64,000 nt of DNA from an uncultured Collinsella sp. (GTDB taxonomy: Bacteria; Actinomycetota; Coriobacteriia; Coriobacteriales; Coriobacteriaceae): assembly GCA_900547655.1 (NCBI GenBank), contig URHQ01000001.1:1748-65747 (forward strand), given 5' to 3'. This document shows positions 43,580 to 52,976 of the stretch, one piece after another. The notes below the pieces were generated by a model. It was not told the DNA's origin. It worked only from the letters and a program-made list of their open reading frames with translations, and searched no databases. Positions within the stretch are counted from its first letter, which is position 1, and every line of letters starts with the position of its first letter. The translations under genes were made by a program, and so were the position numbers.

Positions 43580-44671
43580 GTGAATACTTCTGTCGCCAAG
43601 AAAGCCAGTCGGGCGATGCGCCTGCTCATGATGGTGCTCACGGCAGTTCTCATCTTCTTCTTCATTAATGTTATGCTGCTCGTCTCCGATATCCAGGGCA
43701 CGGCGCGCGTGGTCAACTACGCCGGTCTGGTGCGCGGTACCACGCAGCGAATCGTTAAGCTCGAGGACGCAGGCCAGCCTCAAGATGACCGGCTTAAAGC
43801 CGTGGATTCATACATCAACGGTTTGCGTTACTGAAGTGACGACCTCAATCTCGTCCGTCTCGATGACGATGAGTACCAGGCAAAGATGACCGAGCTTGCA
43901 AACTATTTTGATGAGCTTCGCGCCGAGATTGCCCGCGTGCGCGAGGTCGGTTACGAGAACACTGATATCATCGCCATGAGCGAGGAGTTCTTTGGCATTT
44001 GCGACGATGCTACGCGACTCGCAGAGGACTACTCTCAGGAGAAGGCATCGACGCTCAACTATCTCGAGGGCTTGGTGATCATCGACATCATGGGCTTGGT
44101 GGCGACCTTTGCGGTCGAACTTGTTCGCGCGGTGCGAACTGCCGCGCTCAATCGCGAACTGCAGAGCAAAGTCTATCTCGACGAAGCCACGGGACTGCCC
44201 AATAAGAACAAGTGCGAGAAGATCTTGGGACAGGAACAGCCTGTCTCCGCGGAGGCGCCCGTTGCGGTGTGCGTCTTCGACCTTAACAATCTGCATATGG
44301 TCAATAACAACTTCGGCCACGAGAAGGGCGACGGATACATCCGCTCTTTTGCCCAGCAACTGGGAAGTGTGGCGTCCGAGACGTGCTTTGTGGGTCGCGA
44401 CGGCGGCGATGAGTTTATCGCGGTACTGCGGGATGCCGACCGAGCCGCTGTGGAATCTTGTCTCGCTCGGATTCGCGCGAACGTGAACGAGTATTCCGAA
44501 GTCCACCCCGATATGCCCATCAGCTACGCGGTGGGCTATGCGCTTTCCAGCGATTTTGACGAGCCGCCTACCATGCGCGAACTCTTTTCCCAGGCCGACA
44601 AGAACATGTACGTCGATAAGAACCGCGTAAAGACAGCCGAGGCGGCCGGGCCGCAACGCGAGGACCGCTAA
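43580..44671 (+). pseudogene. membrane-bound diguanylate cyclase interrupted by an in-frame TGA
   Basis: Two ORFs in the same frame separated by TGA at 43832-43834; TM-sensor-TM-GGDEF (GRDGGDEF). Confidence 0.8.
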
Positions 44672-44714
44672 ACCCGTAGTAAAGGGTAGCTAATTTGGGA
44701 CGGGGCTCTTTTGG

Positions 44715-45593
44715 CTACTTGAGGAGTTGGGCCATGGCGTTGACGAATTTTTGTACTTGGAGGGTGGGCTCGAGCGGATAGTGCAAAAAGACCGGCACCT
44801 CTCGCCCGCACAGGAACGGCACGCCCACAAAGGCCGGGTGCACCCCCGACCATGCGCCGCAGGTGAGCACCGCGTCGCCCTTTTCCTCTGCCTCGTTAAA
44901 GAGCGCAAAGTCAAAGCTGTCCACGTCGATCACGTCTACGCCGCCGTCGGCCAACAGATCGATACGCAGGCTGTCCATAGCGTCGTTGCCGTGGCGGAGC
45001 ACGCGCAGACGCATACCCTCCAAGTCGGCGACCGTAATGCGATTCTTGCGCGCCAGCGGGCTCGTGCGCGGCAGGTCGATATAAAACGGCACGTTGACAA
45101 TGCGGAGCTTTTGGCAGGCGTCACCCCAGCGCGGGGTCGAAAAACTCGACTGCACCACATCGACCTCACGACCGAGGCTGCGCATGACGGTCTCGCGCTC
45201 GTCATAGAGGTCGCTTACCGGCACGATCTCAAATCGCAGCGACGGTTCCAGCTCGTGTACGCCCGACCACATCGACAGCGTTTGGCGCCCCGGGCACATC
45301 ATCGACACACCCAGACGCACGGCACCGCCATCGCCCGCCGCGCGTCGGGCGCGGCGCAGCGCGTCCTCGGACTGCCGCATGATCGAGCGCGCGTCGTCCA
45401 CCAGCAGAGCGCCCGCCGGCGTCACCTTAACACCCGAATGCGAGCGCTCGAACAACGTGATGCCAAACTCGGCCTCGAAACCCGACACCTGTTTGACGAG
45501 CGCCGGGGTCGACACGCGCAATTTTGCCGCCGCACGTGAGAAGCTTCCCAGCTCCGCGGCGGCCGATATGGCCTCGAGTCGTCGATCGTACAC
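44715..45593 (-). CDS. LysR family regulator
   Basis: GSFSRAAAKLRVSTPALVKQV..LFER; divergent from the SDR operon. Confidence 0.9.
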   Translation of the reverse strand: MYDRRLEAISAAAELGSFSRAAAKLRVSTPALVKQVSGFEAEFGITLFERSHSGVKVTPAGALLVDDARSIMRQSEDALRRARRAAGDGGAVRLGVSMMCPGRQTLSMWSGVHELEPSLRFEIVPVSDLYDERETVMRSLGREVDVVQSSFSTPRWGDACQKLRIVNVPFYIDLPRTSPLARKNRITVADLEGMRLRVLRHGNDAMDSLRIDLLADGGVDVIDVDSFDFALFNEAEEKGDAVLTCGAWSGVHPAFVGVPFLCGREVPVFLHYPLEPTLQVQKFVNAMAQLLK

Positions 45594-45825
45594 GTCAATC
45601 TCCCGTTTTCGCGCCTGTGAACGCATGGCGCCACAGGGGGTCGTTTTGGCAGGTCACGCGCTCGATTGAGAAAAACTGCATCGCACAGTATAAACCTACG
45701 GTTAACGCCATTCTAACAAATATGCAATTCACCTGCGCAAATGCAAAGCATACGATAACCAGCGAAAACCACGTGGGTCGGTTAATGGGAGCGACCCACC
45801 GGGAGGCACAAGAAGGGAAGTTCCT

Positions 45826-46707
45826 ATGAGCAATTGGCTTAAGCTCGAGGGCGATGTCTGCGCCGTGACCGGCGCGCTCGGCGGTATGGGCGTCGAGATT
45901 TGCCGCGAGTTCGCCCGCAACGGCGCCAACGTCGTCCTGCTCGACCTGGACGAGGAGAAGGTCAAGGCCGCAGCCGCCGACCTCGCCGCCGAGTTTGGCA
46001 TCCACGCCGAGGGCTACAAGATGAACGCCACCGACGAGGCCGAGGTTCAGGCCGCCGTCGATGCCACCATCGCCGACTTCGGCCGCGTCGACGTCCTTGT
46101 CAACACCGCCGGCATCCTGCGCTTCGCCGCCATGGAGGACCTGCCGCTGAGCGACTGGGAGCAGGTGCTCAACGTCAACCTCACCGGTTACTTCATCACC
46201 TCGCAGCGCTTTGGTCGCGAGATGATCAAGGCCGGCCAGGGTCGCCTGGTGCACATCTCGACCGTTGCCAGCCACTCCCCCGAGACGTTCTCGGGCGTGT
46301 ACAGCTCCACCAAGGCGGGCGTCAACATGATGTCCAAGATGCTGGCTGCCGAATGGGGCCCCTACGGCGTCCGCTCCAACTGCGTCGAGCCTTGCTTCGT
46401 TAAGACCCCGATGTCGGCCAACTTCTACGCCGACCCCGAGGTCGAAAAGAGCCGCAGCCGCCTGATCGCCACGCGCCGCATCGGCGAGGTCAGCGATATC
46501 GCCAACGCCGTCATGTTCCTGGCGTCCAAGCGCTCGGACTTTACCACCGGCGACGCCATCAAGGTCGACGGCGGCTTCTCCAACATGATGGGCGACCTCA
46601 CCGCCAAGCCCGGCGGCCGTCGCGCCTATGCCGACAACTACCTTAAGAACAAGGGTGTCGAGCTCTGGTCCGATGAGTCCGGCGTCGCCAAGCCGACTGA
46701 CCAGTAA
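45826..46707 (+). CDS. short-chain dehydrogenase/reductase
   Basis: TGALGGMG, VNTAG, YSSTK, VDGG. Confidence 0.93.
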   Translation: MSNWLKLEGDVCAVTGALGGMGVEICREFARNGANVVLLDLDEEKVKAAAADLAAEFGIHAEGYKMNATDEAEVQAAVDATIADFGRVDVLVNTAGILRFAAMEDLPLSDWEQVLNVNLTGYFITSQRFGREMIKAGQGRLVHISTVASHSPETFSGVYSSTKAGVNMMSKMLAAEWGPYGVRSNCVEPCFVKTPMSANFYADPEVEKSRSRLIATRRIGEVSDIANAVMFLASKRSDFTTGDAIKVDGGFSNMMGDLTAKPGGRRAYADNYLKNKGVELWSDESGVAKPTDQ

Positions 46708-46773
46708 ACCAACCCGACAGGGAGGACCCGCAGACACGCCTGTTCCTCCCCCGTATCGATTAGAAAGAGTCCA

Positions 46774-48030
46774 ATGGCTTCCACCAACTCCAACAAGGGT
46801 CGCGCCGTCGTGCTTTCCGCCGCGTGCGTCACCATGTTCTTCATCAGCTCCATCGCGCTGTATTCCGTCGTGAGCAAGAACCTGCTCGCCGTCTACCCCG
46901 AGTGGTCCAGCGCTCTTACCTGGGCCTTCCCGGTCTTTCAGACCATCATGGCCGTGACGGGCATCTTCGCCGGCCGCATCTCCGATAAGATCGGCCCGCG
47001 CAACGTCGTGATCGCCGCCGCCGTGTGCTACGGCCTGGGCTGGTTCATGTCCGGTACCGTCACCGAGCCGTGGCAGTTCTACCTGTGGTTCTCGCTCGTC
47101 GCCGCCATCGGCAACGGCCTGGGCTACAACCCGGCGCTCACCACCGGCCAAAAGTGGTTTATCGACAAGAAGGGTCTCGCCTCCGGCATCACCCTGGCCG
47201 CTTCGACCGCCGGCCCCGCCGTGCTGTCCCCGGTGCTCGCCTCGCTGCTCATCCCGAGCCTGGGCATCTTTGGCGCCCTTAAGGCGCTCGGCGTCATCTT
47301 CTTTGTGACGATCGCCGCCTCCGCCCTGTTCCTGAAGGCCCCCGAGGCCGGTTGGCTGCCCGAGGGCTTCGAGGCCCCCAAGGGCGGCGCGCATGCCGGC
47401 ACCTTCGGCGACCTCACCCCGGGCGAGATGGTCAAGACCCCGCGCTTCTGGGTCCTCATCGTCACCTTCGCCTTTGCCGCCACCGCGGGCACCCTGCTCG
47501 TGGGCAAGGTTGCCTCCATCGCCGCCGTCCAGCTCTTCGCCGACCCCACGAGCGCCGCGGCCGTCGCCCTCGGCGGCGTGGTCGTCTCCGTCAACACCTG
47601 CGCCAACCTGGTCGGCCGTCTGTCCTTTGGCCAGATCATCGACAAGCTCGGCGCCTATAAGTCGCTGCTCATCAGCCTTGTCGTCACCATCGTCGCACTC
47701 GTCATCATGTCGATGAGCTTTACGCAGAGCATGTTCTTTGTGGCGCTCGCCCTGCTCGGCTTTAGCTTTGGCGCTCTGCTCGTCATCTACCCGCCGCTCA
47801 CCGGTGGCGCCTTTGGCACCAGCAACATCGGCGTCAACTACGGCATCATGTTTTTGGGTTATGCCGCTTCCACCTGGATCAGCCAGCCCATCACCGCCGT
47901 GCTGTATCACGCCGAGGCCGGCAGCGCCGCCTACCAGCAGTCCTTCTACGGCGCCATTGTGATCGCCGCCATCGCCGTCGTGCTCACCGTCTACATGATG
48001 GTCTCCGACAGCAAGAAGAAGTCCGCCTAG
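46774..48030 (+). CDS. MFS transporter (OFA/OxlT-like)
   Basis: GRISDKIGPR, KWF.DKKGLASG, GVNYG. Confidence 0.88.
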   Translation: MASTNSNKGRAVVLSAACVTMFFISSIALYSVVSKNLLAVYPEWSSALTWAFPVFQTIMAVTGIFAGRISDKIGPRNVVIAAAVCYGLGWFMSGTVTEPWQFYLWFSLVAAIGNGLGYNPALTTGQKWFIDKKGLASGITLAASTAGPAVLSPVLASLLIPSLGIFGALKALGVIFFVTIAASALFLKAPEAGWLPEGFEAPKGGAHAGTFGDLTPGEMVKTPRFWVLIVTFAFAATAGTLLVGKVASIAAVQLFADPTSAAAVALGGVVVSVNTCANLVGRLSFGQIIDKLGAYKSLLISLVVTIVALVIMSMSFTQSMFFVALALLGFSFGALLVIYPPLTGGAFGTSNIGVNYGIMFLGYAASTWISQPITAVLYHAEAGSAAYQQSFYGAIVIAAIAVVLTVYMMVSDSKKKSA

Positions 48031-48037
48031 TTTTACC

Positions 48038-48070
48038 GATGCGACAAAGGGACAGCCCCTTTGTCGCATC
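48038..48070. repeat. REP-like palindrome B
   Basis: gatgcgacaaagggacagcccctttgtcgcatc. Confidence 0.85.
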
Positions 48071-48099
48071 CCACCGGTCACCAGTATTAAGGAGTCGAA

Positions 48100-49140
48100 A
48101 TGTCTGAGCTCAACCCCGTCCGCATTGCCGTTATCGGCGCCGGCGCCATGGGCCGCAACCACATCCGCTTTGTCACCGAGGAACCCGAGGCCGAACTCGT
48201 CGCCATCGCCGACGCCTTTGAGGGCGCTCGCGCCACGGCCGAGGCCGCCGGCGTGCCGTTTTACACCGATCCCGCCCAGATGATGGACGAGGTCAAACCC
48301 GAGGCCGTCATTATCGCCACCCCCAACGACTTGCACCTGGGCGTTGCCCGCGAGGCTGTGAAGCGCAATATCGTGCCGTTGATCGAAAAGCCGATCTCCA
48401 ACGATCTCGAGGATGCCCAGGCCTTCGCCGCCGAGGCCGAGACCGCCGGCGTGCCCGTGCTCGTAGGTCAGCACCGTCGCCACAACCCCTTCGTCAACAA
48501 GGCCAAGGAGATCATCGAGTCCGGCGAGCTGGGCAAGCTCACCGTGTCGAGCTTCCACTACATGATCTATAAGAATGACGAGTATTTCGATGTCGAGTGG
48601 CGCCGCAAGAAGGGTGCCGGCCCGATCCTGGTCAACCTGGTTCACGACGTCGACCTGCTCCGCTATCTGCTGGGCGAGCCTGTTGCCGTCCAGGGTATGC
48701 AGTCCAGCGCCGCCCGCGGTTTTGAGACCGAGGACTCCGCCGTGGTCAACGTCCGTTTTGCCGATGGCGCGCTCGCAAGCATGACCATCTCCGACGCCAC
48801 CGCCAGCCCCTGGAACTGGGAGGCAACCGCTCGCGAGGATCCGCAGTACCGCCCCTTCGACGCCGACGCCTACTTTATCGGCGGCACCAAGGGCGCCCTG
48901 TCGCTGCCCCGCCTGCACCAGTTCTCCTACGACGGCGCCTCCAACTGGCACAAGCCGCTGCAGATGGAGATTCCGGCTGTCGACCCGGCACTGCCACACA
49001 AGATGCAGCTCAAGCACTTTGTGAAGGTTGTCCGCCGCGAGGTCGAGCCCGTCGTGACCCCCGCCGACAACGTTAAGACGCTCACACTTCTCAACGCTAT
49101 CAAAGAGGCCGCCGAGACCGGCCAGCTCGTCGAGCTGTAA
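48100..49140 (+). CDS. Gfo/Idh/MocA family oxidoreductase
   Basis: IGAGAMG, ATPNDLH, EKP, HDVD. Confidence 0.93.
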   Translation: MSELNPVRIAVIGAGAMGRNHIRFVTEEPEAELVAIADAFEGARATAEAAGVPFYTDPAQMMDEVKPEAVIIATPNDLHLGVAREAVKRNIVPLIEKPISNDLEDAQAFAAEAETAGVPVLVGQHRRHNPFVNKAKEIIESGELGKLTVSSFHYMIYKNDEYFDVEWRRKKGAGPILVNLVHDVDLLRYLLGEPVAVQGMQSSAARGFETEDSAVVNVRFADGALASMTISDATASPWNWEATAREDPQYRPFDADAYFIGGTKGALSLPRLHQFSYDGASNWHKPLQMEIPAVDPALPHKMQLKHFVKVVRREVEPVVTPADNVKTLTLLNAIKEAAETGQLVEL

Positions 49141-49211
49141 TGCCTTAAGAGCGACCGCGGCAAACCCCATGCCGAACCCCTCGGTCCGCCACCAATAAGC
49201 CCCTCTTCTTT

Positions 49212-49246
49212 GCCCCGCGAGCAGCCTCCTGCCCGCGGGGCATTTT
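49212..49246 (+). terminator. terminator after the oxidoreductase operon
   Basis: gccccgcg...cgcgggg hairpin followed by TTTT. Confidence 0.55.
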
Positions 49247-49305
49247 GCTACCTTGCCGACGATTTTTCTGAGACGGGGGCCATTTTGCACCTCAGCCTGA
49301 TTCGT

Positions 49306-49469
49306 TCGCCACGAAATGGGCCTATCTACTACGTTTAGCCAATCACCCTCAACCATGCCATATTTCCTAAAATCAAAAGCGCAGGTAGACGGCTTGCGTA
49401 TTTTCTGAAAACCGGGGGATGGTCGACCCATACGGTTCAAACGTAGTAGATAGGTCGTTTTCGTGGCGA
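49306..49469. repeat. IR-bounded element with GCAGGTAGA core (copy 2)
   Basis: 31-bp imperfect IR tcgccacgaaa..cctatctactacgttt / aaacgtagtagatagg..tttcgtggcga. Confidence 0.8.
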
Positions 49470-49549
49470 GGGCCCAAAACAGTCTTTTGAAACGGGTGGT
49501 ATCCTTGGTAGCCCTGTGCTGCAAACGCACCTTAAACGCAAGGAGTCCC

Positions 49550-51697
49550 ATGGATCTTATCGCCCAGCTCGCCCACGAGCTCAACCTTAAGGCCGCCAAC
49601 ATCGAGGCAGCCGTCAAGCTCATCGACGAGGGCAACACCATCCCCTTTATTTCGCGCTACCGCAAAGAAGCAACGGGCGGCATGGACGACGTCGCCCTGC
49701 GCACACTCGACGAGCGCCTGTCCTACCTGCGCAATCTTGAACAGCGCAAAGAGGACGTCATTCTGCTCATCGACGCCCAGGGCAAACTTACGCCCGAGCT
49801 CGAACAGCAGATTCGCGAGGCCACGCAGCTCCAGCGTGTCGAGGACCTCTACAAGCCCTACCGCAAAAAGCGCATGACCCGCGCACAGAAGGCCCGCGAG
49901 GCAGGCCTGGAGCCGCTCGCCAACATGATCATCATGCAGGCCTCGGCCAAGGGCAGCGCACTCGACGCCGCCGCGGCCTACGTCAACGAGGAAGCCGGCT
50001 TCGACACGCCCGAGAAGGCGCTCGCCGGCGCGGCGGACATCGTGGCCGAGACGGTGGCCGAGGACCCCGAGAACGTCGCCGACCTGCGCGCCTTTACGCA
50101 AAACACCGCCGACATCGTCGTCGAGGCCACCGACCCCGCCGAGAAGACCCCCTACGAGCCGTACTACAGCTATGACGAGCCGCTGCGCCGTATACCCAAC
50201 CACCGCGTGCTGGCTATCGACCGCGGTGAGCGCGAGGGCAAGCTCCGCGTGCGCGTGAACGTCGACGGCGCCGCCGCCACGGCACGCCTCGGCAGCCGCT
50301 GGCCCCGCCGCCAGGGCGTGTTTGCTCCCACCTTCGATGCCGCCATCGCCGACGGTTACAAGCGCCTCATGGCCCCCTCGCTGGAGCGCGAGGCCCGCGC
50401 CAAGCTCACCGTCCGCGCGCAGACCGAGGCCATTAATGTCTTTGCCAAGAATCTCGAGGGCCTGCTCTCGGCACGCCCCGTCCGTGGCGCCCGCGTGCTC
50501 GCGCTCGATCCGGGCTACCGCACCGGCTGCAAGGTCGCCGTTATGGACGAGACCGGCAAGCTGCTCGACCACGGCGTGGTCTACCCCACCAAGCCGCGCC
50601 ACGACGTCGCCGGCACCAAGCGCGAGCTCGCCCGCCTCGTCAAGAAGGACAGCGTCAACACCATCGTCATCGGCAACGGCACCGCCAGCCGCGAGACCGA
50701 GGAAGTCGTCTCGGAGTTCATCGCCGAGCAGGCGCCCAGCCTTCGCTACACCATCGTTAACGAAGCCGGCGCGTCGGTGTACTCCGCCTCCGAGCTCGCC
50801 AGCCAAGAGTATCCCGATCTGGACGTCACCGTGCGTGGCGCCATGAGCCTGGGCCGCCGTCTACAGGACCCGCTGGCAGAGCTCGTCAAGATCCCGCCCC
50901 AGTCCATCGGCGTTGGCCAGTACCAGCACGACCTTGACCAGGCCGAGCTTTCGCGCACCCTGGGCCATGTGGTGGAGGACGTCGTCAACCGCGTGGGCGT
51001 CGACGTGAATACCGCGAGCGCAAGCCTGCTGGGATACGTATCGGGCATCACGCCGAGCGTGGCCAAAAACATCGTGGCCTACCGCGAGGAAAACGGTGCC
51101 TTTACCGATCGCCGCCAGCTTAAGAAGGTCCCCAAACTAGGACCCAAGGCATACCTCAACGCCGCGGGCTTCCTGCGCATCAGCGGCGGCAAGAACCCGC
51201 TCGACGCGACGAGCGTCCACCCCGAGAGCTACGAGGTGGCCACGTCCGTCCTGGAACGCGCCGGCGTTAAAGCCAGCGAGCTCAGCCGCGGCGGCGTGCC
51301 CGACATCGAGCGCCGTCTGGGCAGTATCTCGGCGCTGGCAAGTGACCTGAACTGCGGCACCCTCACGCTCATCGACATCGTCAACGAGCTCAAGAAGCCC
51401 GGCCGCGACCCGCGCGACGACGCGCCCGAGGTGGTCTTTAGCCGCTCGGCGCTTTCCATCGACGACCTGGAACCCGGCATGGAGCTCAAGGGGACGGTAC
51501 GCAACGTCGTCGACTTTGGCGCGTTCGTCGACGTGGGCGTGCACCAGGACGGCCTCGTGCATATCTCCAAGCTGGCCAATCGCTTTGTCAAGCACCCGAG
51601 CGACGTGGTGCGCGTCGGCGACACGGTCAAGGTGTGGGTAGAAAAGGTCGATCGCGACCGCAAGAAGATCTCGCTCACCATGGTGCAGGGAAAGTAA
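49550..51697 (+). CDS. tex: Tex family RNA-binding transcriptional accessory protein
   Basis: GNTIPFISRYRKE, DPGYRTGCK, GVGQYQHD, C-terminal S1 domain. Confidence 0.95.
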   Translation: MDLIAQLAHELNLKAANIEAAVKLIDEGNTIPFISRYRKEATGGMDDVALRTLDERLSYLRNLEQRKEDVILLIDAQGKLTPELEQQIREATQLQRVEDLYKPYRKKRMTRAQKAREAGLEPLANMIIMQASAKGSALDAAAAYVNEEAGFDTPEKALAGAADIVAETVAEDPENVADLRAFTQNTADIVVEATDPAEKTPYEPYYSYDEPLRRIPNHRVLAIDRGEREGKLRVRVNVDGAAATARLGSRWPRRQGVFAPTFDAAIADGYKRLMAPSLEREARAKLTVRAQTEAINVFAKNLEGLLSARPVRGARVLALDPGYRTGCKVAVMDETGKLLDHGVVYPTKPRHDVAGTKRELARLVKKDSVNTIVIGNGTASRETEEVVSEFIAEQAPSLRYTIVNEAGASVYSASELASQEYPDLDVTVRGAMSLGRRLQDPLAELVKIPPQSIGVGQYQHDLDQAELSRTLGHVVEDVVNRVGVDVNTASASLLGYVSGITPSVAKNIVAYREENGAFTDRRQLKKVPKLGPKAYLNAAGFLRISGGKNPLDATSVHPESYEVATSVLERAGVKASELSRGGVPDIERRLGSISALASDLNCGTLTLIDIVNELKKPGRDPRDDAPEVVFSRSALSIDDLEPGMELKGTVRNVVDFGAFVDVGVHQDGLVHISKLANRFVKHPSDVVRVGDTVKVWVEKVDRDRKKISLTMVQGK

Positions 51698-51706
51698 ACC
51701 GCCAAA

Positions 51707-51922
51707 GCAAAGGTACCCCCTGTAGCGATGTGCAAAATCGCGAGTATTCTGCAAATTCCACCGTTCCGGATGCCCCTCAGAGACGAAAAAGCAAAAAACA
51801 GCCCCCGTTTTAGCGTCGTCAGAGCCAAAACGGGGGCCGTTCCATGCTTCGGTCAACTGATAAAGACCTTTACCTTGCTGAATACTCTCAATTTTGCACG
51901 GCGCAGGCGGGGGTACCTTTGC
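51707..51922. repeat. MITE-like element with 48-bp imperfect terminal IRs
   Basis: gcaaaggtaccccc..gtgcaaaat..gagtattc matched in inverse at 51875-51922. Confidence 0.7.
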
Positions 51923-52078
51923 CCACGGCAGGATATGGAAGCCAATCGCCAACTTGCTGGCAAGCTCGTGCCGGCAGCCCCGGCCTTTCCTTTGCCTAGC
52001 GCGACCCTCGCGGAGCGCGTGAGCGATAGGGAAAGGAAAGGCCGGGGCGAACAGCCCACGGTACAGTCGGTGTTCGCG

Positions 52079-52783
52079 CTACGGCAGGATATGGAAACCG
52101 AGCGCCGCGATATCCTTGGCAAAACCGCGCACGGTATCGAGCGAGACCTCGTACGGGTCGCGACCAATGTTCTTGCGCTTGGCCAGGATGCTGTTGGGCA
52201 CCGTAATGATCTGGCAACCGCAGGCCTCGGCCTGGTAAATGTTGATGAGCTCGCGCGTGGACGCCCACAGGACCTCGCAGTTGGGCTTTGCGGCGGCCTT
52301 CTTGACCGACTCCGTCATAAACGGAATGGGGTCGACGCCGGTGTCGGCGATGCGGCCGGCAAAGAGCGAGATGATGGACGGCGTCTCGGCGTCAACGGCC
52401 TCGACCATCTCATCGACCTGCGTAGGCGTAAAGATGGTGGTGACGTTGACCTTGATGCCGTCGGCCGAAAGCTTGCGCACCAGCTCGGCGGTGGACTCGC
52501 CCTTGGTGGTCACGCACGGAATCTTGACGTAGACGTTCTCGGCCCAGGTAGCAATCTCGCGCGCCTCGACCTCCATGGTCTCGACGTCGTCGGCAAAGAC
52601 CTCAAACGACACGGATACATCGGTGATGTGGGCCAGGACCTCCTTGGCAAACGCGCGGTAATCCGTCACGCCGCCCTTCTTCATAAGGGACGGGTTGGTC
52701 GTGAAACCCTGAACGTTGCCGTTCTCGTACATGTCGAGCATGCCCTCGAGGTTTGCACCGTCAGCGAACACCTTGATTGCCAT
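52079..52783 (-). CDS. transaldolase / fructose-6-phosphate aldolase family
   Basis: FADGA, GFTTNPSL, VYVKIP, VNVT, FAGRIAD. Confidence 0.9.
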   Translation of the reverse strand: MAIKVFADGANLEGMLDMYENGNVQGFTTNPSLMKKGGVTDYRAFAKEVLAHITDVSVSFEVFADDVETMEVEAREIATWAENVYVKIPCVTTKGESTAELVRKLSADGIKVNVTTIFTPTQVDEMVEAVDAETPSIISLFAGRIADTGVDPIPFMTESVKKAAAKPNCEVLWASTRELINIYQAEACGCQIITVPNSILAKRKNIGRDPYEVSLDTVRGFAKDIAALGFHILP

Positions 52784-52976
52784 CTGCCTGATTCCTTTCG
52801 CTTGCACATGGGCGTTAAACTGCTAAACACTTTACCTACGTTTATCAAGGCGTGAGCTGCGGTTTTTTATCTTCTCGGCGAACGGTATAAACACCTCAGT
52901 GTTTGGATTGATAAATCGATTGAGCATGCAAAAGCAAAGAGTCGCAGTTTGGGCAAACGTCAGAACGCGGGATTCA

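Noticed and set aside
43832..43834. Selenocysteine recoding of the TGA
   Set aside because: The context is not a redox motif and I saw no convincing SECIS hairpin. A nonsense change is simpler.
45595..49641. 1348-aa minus-strand ORF
   Set aside because: It is an antisense shadow. The SDR, MFS and Gfo genes share one frame and have high GC3, so the opposite strand lacks stops. It has no recognisable motifs.
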